The notes below the pieces were generated by a model. It was given only the letters and a program-made list of their open reading frames with translations, did not search any database and had not been told where the DNA came from. A DNA stretch of 64,000 bases from Asterias rubens (taxonomy: Eukaryota): the NCBI RefSeq assembly GCF_902459465.1, contig NC_047081.1, forward strand, positions 372,001 to 436,000, in the 5' to 3' direction. A program made the translations under genes and the position numbers. This document shows, piece by piece, positions 58,120 through 64,000 of the stretch. Position 1 is the stretch's first letter; the number at the start of each line of letters is the position of its first letter.

Positions 58120-61100
58120 ATGAGTTATAATCAAGGACCGGCCGGTTATAATCAACAACAGAACTATGGTGTCCCGTCTTCGCAGGCGGGGAGAAATCGT
58201 AGTCAATATGGCGGACCCGCCCCAAACAATTATTACGGAGGAGGGGTAAATGCCCAGCCCCCGCCGCCCAGTAGTGGTGGCCCACCACCAATGGGCCCAC
58301 CACCCCAGGGCAAACAACCAATCGGTGCCTTTGGAGAAGGGCGAGGGAATCCTCCTCAGCAACAGGGTTACGGGGCACCAGCTATGAACGGTCCATCCAG
58401 CCATGGTACCCCACCCCCTACGTCAAATCAACACCAACCGTACGGCCAACCAGGACAAAATGGTTACAGTAGTATGCCGCCGACAACGCAAGGCGCTCCG
58501 ATGGGGTACAGTGGTGGTCAACCAAACAGGTGAGAAGTGTACAATTTATTCAAGGGATTAGGTTTCGCCTCTTCATACATTGACCAATCAAAACCAAGTG
58601 TCATGGCTGGGATTTGAACCCCCTTTGCAATAATAGCCTAGCAACCAGAACTGAAGTGCACTAGACTGCTCAGCCCACATGACACATTAAATTCAATCAC
58701 AACATGTAAACTAAGGTCATTAGTGTTAATTTTGAGCAGAAAAAAAAAAATGATACAACGTGCTGGGGTGGCATTGAGATTCAAATTCCACTGTAAAAAG
58801 GGGCTGAAGTTGATTGCCGCCACTGGTGAAGAAATACATTTTTCAGATCAAACTCTACAGATAGAGACCAATTATGGGGTGATTTTGAAAATATTGGATG
58901 TTTTCCTTCTCAACAATTCAAAATGTTGTTAAAACTTCAATGTTTTGTTATCATCTGGTAGAGTTCCAGCTCAGCCTGGACCTCCTAACCAACCTCCATC
59001 TAGCCAGCCAGGATTCTATCAGCCACAGCCACCACAGCAGCCACAGCCGCCTCAGCAGCCACAGCCGCCACAGCAGCCACAGTCGCCACAGCAGCCACAG
59101 TATGGTGCTACGCAAGGCCAGCTGTCCAACCAAATGAATAATATGAGTCTTAGTGGACCACCTCAAGGGCCTGCTCAAGGGTCACCCCAAGGACCCCCTT
59201 CAGGACCCCCTGCAGGACCCCCCCAAGGAATGGTAAGTAGACAATTGAATGGTGGTTATTTTAATTTAATTTTATTTATTTATTTGATTACACATCCATC
59301 AGCACAATTAGCGCCAACAAAAGGATGCATAGGAAACGAGAAGAAATCTTCAGTTTTAGATTTGGGACTGAAAACCCAATCCACATGCAAGTCTGGGGTG
59401 GAATTCGAACCATGGTTCACAGAAGTGAAATGCAGGGAAAGAAACCACTGAGCCAACCTGATCCCCAGATTTGAGCATGAACCCCAGACCCGATCCAACC
59501 TGTCAGTGAGTCAGGCAGCATGAACCCCAGACCCGATCCAACCTGTCAGTGAGTCAGGCCGGGAATTACACTGAGGCCATACTTTGCTATGGTGTTTTCA
59601 GATGGTATGGGTGTCAAAAAGATTGATAAATTTTTGTAAAATATTCATGAGCAGATTATAATTTTATGGCTAATTATGGTAAGATGATACCAATGATAAC
59701 GAAACTAACTTTCCAATTATTATCTTAACCACCTCAGGGTGCACCACCAACAAACATGGGTCGAAGCCAACCTCCAATGATGAGTGGTCCACCCCCAACA
59801 TCAAGTATGTCAGGTCCACCTCCTGCCAGCAGGCCAGGTCAGCCTCCAACCAGTATGTATGCCCCCCCGCAACCAGGTCAGACCAACATGGCCCCGCCGT
59901 CGATGTACCCACAACAAGGTGGTGGATACAATGCAACTCAGCCCGCTGGTGGTGGAGCCCCTGCACCGTACTCGATAGGTGGAGCTCCCCAGCCGAGCAG
60001 TATGGGATATCAACCATCGGGGTCAGGTCCGACACCCCCGATGTCACCAGCTAGTGGGATGCCTAGACCAGGGGGTCCTCAGCAGTATAGTGGAATGGGA
60101 CAGCCAGGAATGGGACAGCCAGGGATGGGGCAGCCAGGTGTACGGCAACCAGGAATGGCCCAGCCAGGAATGGGCCAACCAGGAATGGCCAATCCAGGAA
60201 TGGGCCAACCAGGAATGTCCCATCCTGGAATGGGCCAACCTGGTATTCAACAGCAGCCTCAGCAACCACAGAAGAAGCTTGACCCTGATCAGATGCCGAG
60301 TGTGGTAAGTGTGGATCAAACCCCACTCATAGTTCAGTACCCATTCAATGTCCAGAATCCATTTAGAGTTCAGAAAACATTTACGGAAAGAACCCATTCA
60401 CAGTCCAGAACTCATTCGATGTCCAGAACCTGTTCAATGTCCAGAACCCTTTCAAAGTATAAAGGCAACACTGGTCTGCTGTGTTCTGTTGCAAGTTTGC
60501 ATGTCCAAATTACTGAACTTCTTTGATAACAGTCTGGTACCCGTTTCAGTCCTGCTTCAGTTTTTACAACATGTAGCATTTCCCCTCTATGATCACTGAA
60601 CACAAGAGTCCAGACATAAAATTGAAATTCTCCTTTATTCCTTTTTAGATTCAAGTTATACAGGACGACAGAAAGAACAAGGGAAACCAACAGTTTATCA
60701 CAAATATCCGAGGACAATGTCCCCCTCTAGTGACAACGGACTTCCAGGTCATTGATCAAGGTATGCAGGGGTTTTCCCCTCTTTTGTTTTCATTTGCCTG
60801 CCTGATGAGTTAACCCAAAGTTTGAGTAGACCTGAAACTTTTTTAGTAAAATCTCTTGTTTTCTTCCACCAAGCTTCGGTTTTTTCCTTCAACAAATGCA
60901 TTCATTACAAGTTTTAGTATCTCTTGTATTGTTTGTTTGTACCCATACACAGATGTGCATTAAAGCCATTGGACACTTGGTTAACAGTACTGTCCAAGGC
61001 CAACACTTCGTGTATCACAACTTATATATGAAATAACAAACTTGTGAAAATTTAGGCTCAATCGGTCATCGGAGTCGGGTAAAAATAACGGGAAAACCCA

Positions 61101-64000
61101 CCCTTGTTTCAGCACGTTTCGCCGTGTGATGACATGTGTTTAAAATAAATCCGTGATTCTCGATATCGAGAATTGATATTGTTTTAAAGTTTTCTCAAAA
61201 AGTAAAGCATTTCATGGAATAATATTTACCTTCTGTAAACCCTGTAAGTTATTTGTAAATCTGTGAACTTTTACAATTTTTCCTGTTCCGAAAGTGTCCA
61301 ATGGCTTTACTGATTCTACACGCATATTACCCTGGTGGGATTTGAACCCACGACCTTTGCCATTCTAGAGCTTGGTCCTTGCAAATCCTTCAATATGGCA
61401 ATTGGATATAGAAAGAACTTGGACTGTAAGGGGTGGGTGAATGCAGAGGAAGCTCATGAGATGCCCAACTCTGTGCTAAGCAATGGTTATTTGGGCCTGG
61501 CAGCCGAAACCCTTCTAAATCCTTCACTTAGAAATAGAAGAAACTGACACTGTGAGGTTTGTGATTTTGTTAAATTGTTACAGGAAACAGCAGTCCACGT
61601 TTTATGCGTTCCACCATGTACAGCATTCCTTGCACCCAAGATATGATCAAACAGTCGCAGGTCCCGATAGGCGTTGTAGTGTCTCCGTTTGCTGAACTAC
61701 CTGAGAATGAGGTCAGTGTTAAATCTGCCAACCATTCCGATGTAGGGTGTCATTGCCGACTGGTTTAGAACATCAAATTCAAGCTCTGATAGTCAAGTCA
61801 ACGGAGTGTGGTTTTGAATCCCAGTCATGTCCTTGAGCACGATGCTTTTCTTAAAGTTGGCTTCTCTTCAGCCTTGGGTATAAAATGGGTTGATATTGTG
61901 TTTGAAAAAGCCTTCTGAGCGCCACGGCAGTCCAGGGTTGTATACTCTCCAGGGAGCTGAGAAAGATTACAAGAACTAAGACTAAGGCACTAATGTAAAG
62001 GGCATTGATATGTTATTGTTCAAGGCACTTGCGGGGCATTTAAAGCACCAAATTCAAGTTTTAGTTTTTGGACCCCAAGGTCAAATGTTGTAAAAACTGA
62101 CCAGCTTATAGGGCATTTTTGTTTACCAAACACTACTGCTCTTGTTATATTTTCTTTGTTGATAAAGTCTCATTATTTTGCTCTTGACACAGGCACCTCC
62201 ACCCATTGCAGATCATGGCCCCAACGGCCCAGTCCGATGCAACAGATGCAAAGCATACATGTGTCCCTTCATGCAGTTTGTCGACGGAGGGCGGCGTTTC
62301 TCGTGTGCTTTTTGCACGTGTGTCACAGATGGTGAGTCAAGTTTTTGTTGTAGTCGCGCTTTGGGCCCCTGCTGATTTATGATTAAATCTATTACAGCAA
62401 CATTTGTTGGGCCCAATTTGTTTAAGTTTTAAACCCTTCAGAGATGCATTTTTTTCATGTCCATTTTATAAACAGCAATTTGAAACCACTGATGTAGCAG
62501 TTATCTCGATGTTATTTATAATAATAATATAACAATAATCTGAGCATTTATATCATCAACTAATCAATCGCTGTATCAATGATCACAAAAAAAGTGCTTG
62601 AGTTTGTTAATACTAGATCTGCAAAGAGTTACTCTGTATTTTTCTGTTGTTCATGTGGCTATGCAAAGATGCATTTATCACATATTGCATGCTGGCATTG
62701 TCTATTTATAATTCAAAACCACATACAGTGCAATATAGTGAATGGTCAGACAATACGACGCCAACAGTTTGTCATTGGTGTCTCTGTAACAAAAAGTGTA
62801 CTCATGATTGTGGCTGTGCACTTTTGCTAACTTTGTTGATTTTTGTGCTTACTGAGTTATGAAATCCTGACACCATCAACTCATTCTTGAATTATTTCTT
62901 GTCGCTCGCTTTAGTTCCCCCGGAGTACTTCCAGCCCCTTGATCACATGAGTCGCAGAGTAGACGCCTACGAGAGACCGGAGTTATCTCTAGGAACATTT
63001 GAGTATATTGCGACGGCGGACTACTGCAAGAATAACAAACTCCCTAAACCACCGGCTTTTATCTTCATGATCGATGTGACGTATCAGAGTATAAAGACAG
63101 GAATGGTTCATCTTCTTTGTAAAGAGCTTGGGTCACTGTTAGAGAAATTACCAAGGTAAGACTGAATGCGTTTCTGGTGGTCAGGTTGGCGTAGTGGTAT
63201 CTTTCCTCGTCTTCCACCTCTGGGACCCTGGTTCAAATCCAACCGGGGCACTATGTGGATTGGGTTCTCAGTGTTTACCTGACTGCTTGGGTTTCCCTTA
63301 ATATTCTAGGTTTTTTTTCTCCTGCATCCAAAACTGAAACTTCCTTCCTTGTCTTCTCTCCATTGGGTTCTTGGCTAGTACAGTTATTATGTTTGCGTTT
63401 CTGAGAGTGAACAAATGAAATATGTCTGTAAAACACTGAACAAAATATGAGATTGCATTCTTGCTTTCTATTCTGATTTCATTGCAACTTTTGTCTTTTC
63501 TTGTCTCCACCAGTGAGCATGGTATGAAGGAATCCATGATACGCGTAGGCTTTGTCACGTACGACTCATCGCTGCACTTTTACAATCTAAACAGCGCCCT
63601 CGCTCAGCCACAGATGCTGGTGGTGTCGGACGTCCATGATGTGTTCCTCCCACTGCTGGATGGGTTCTTGGTCAACTTGTCTGAATCTAGAGCTGTTATC
63701 GAGAGGTAGGGGGATAATTTTGAAACACAAGACACCAAAGTTTTAAAGCGTTAAGACAGAGATGTTTTAAGTTTTGAGACCCATTTTAAATTTTGTTCAC
63801 TTTAAAATGAGGGCATCACTTAAACGATTTGGGCTATCGACCCAAATCAACTGTCAGCAGGGGCACTTTGCACCTACTACTGAGGCTAAAACGGGGTTAC
63901 TCCCTTCACAGTCCTTAAGGATATAGACATTATCAAGTCTTTTGTTGTTTTTGTTGACAGTTTACTGGAGCAGATTCCACAGATGTTTGCTGAAACGAGA
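58120..64000 (+). CDS. SEC24C: COPII coat cargo adaptor SEC24C/D, 5' part; exons 58120-58529, 58962-59232, 59738-60304, 60649-60760, 61584-61711, 62193-62331, 62915-63155, 63514-63705, 63961->64000
   Basis: P/G/Q-rich N-terminus, [11 protein letters not shown]|[15 protein letters not shown], zinc finger [71 protein letters not shown]. All phases are consistent (2,0,0,1,0,1,2,2). SEC24C versus SEC24D cannot be separated. Confidence 0.96.
59385..59468 (-). mobile_element. tRNA-derived SINE head
   Basis: Minus strand ggggatcaggttggctcagtgg...ggttcgaattcc (A and B boxes). Confidence 0.65.
59475..59559. repeat. 43-bp tandem duplication
   Basis: gcatgaaccccagacccgatccaacctgtcagtgagtcaggc occurs twice. 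Confidence 0.92.
60961..61309 (+). mobile_element. Complete family B MITE with perfect 18-bp TIRs
   Basis: TAAAGCCATTGGACACTT at 60961 and AAGTGTCCAATGGCTTTA ending at 61309. Confidence 0.9.
63175..63330 (+). mobile_element. tRNA-derived SINE
   Basis: tcaggttggcgtagtgg (A box) and ggttcaaatcc (B box). Same family as 25768-25891 and 59385-59468. Confidence 0.65.

Noticed and set aside
58024-60397. Multiple antisense and alternative-frame ORFs over SEC24 exons 1-3
   Set aside because: These are by-products of GC-rich Pro/Gly/Gln codons in the real plus-strand exons.

Overview
AT-rich, intron-rich eukaryotic DNA. The gene set and the many short foldback MITEs and tRNA-derived SINEs suggest an invertebrate deuterostome, probably an echinoderm such as a sea star (inference). 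I assembled nine protein-coding genes by hand from GT-AG splice sites with consistent phases. (1) 5' part of a MARCHF1/8 RING-CH E3 ligase (minus, runs off the left edge). (2) A 5-exon, 321-aa secreted coiled-coil plus fibrinogen-like protein (minus). (3-6) Four fatty-acid elongases in about 21 kb: one divergent 234-aa HVYHH-type gene (plus) and three ELOVL3/6-type HWYHH genes with intronless CDS (minus). (7) TXNDC15 (plus). (8) A 10-exon, 698-aa DEG/ENaC channel (minus) whose finger domain carries an RKRR furin-type site followed by 15 copies of a 21-bp repeat encoding GGGGGS(L/F). (9) 5' part of SEC24C/D (plus, runs off the right edge). Non-coding content includes a ~1-kb 21-bp minisatellite derived from a neighbouring MITE, a ~390-bp foldback with a 56-bp perfect palindrome, a truncated CR1-type LINE and DeuSINE-like SINEs. 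The strongest leads are the Gly-repeat/furin-site channel, the two-clade elongase cluster and the secreted fibrinogen-like protein. I saw no CRISPR array, rRNA or genuine tRNA gene. Family assignments come from motif recognition, not database searches.
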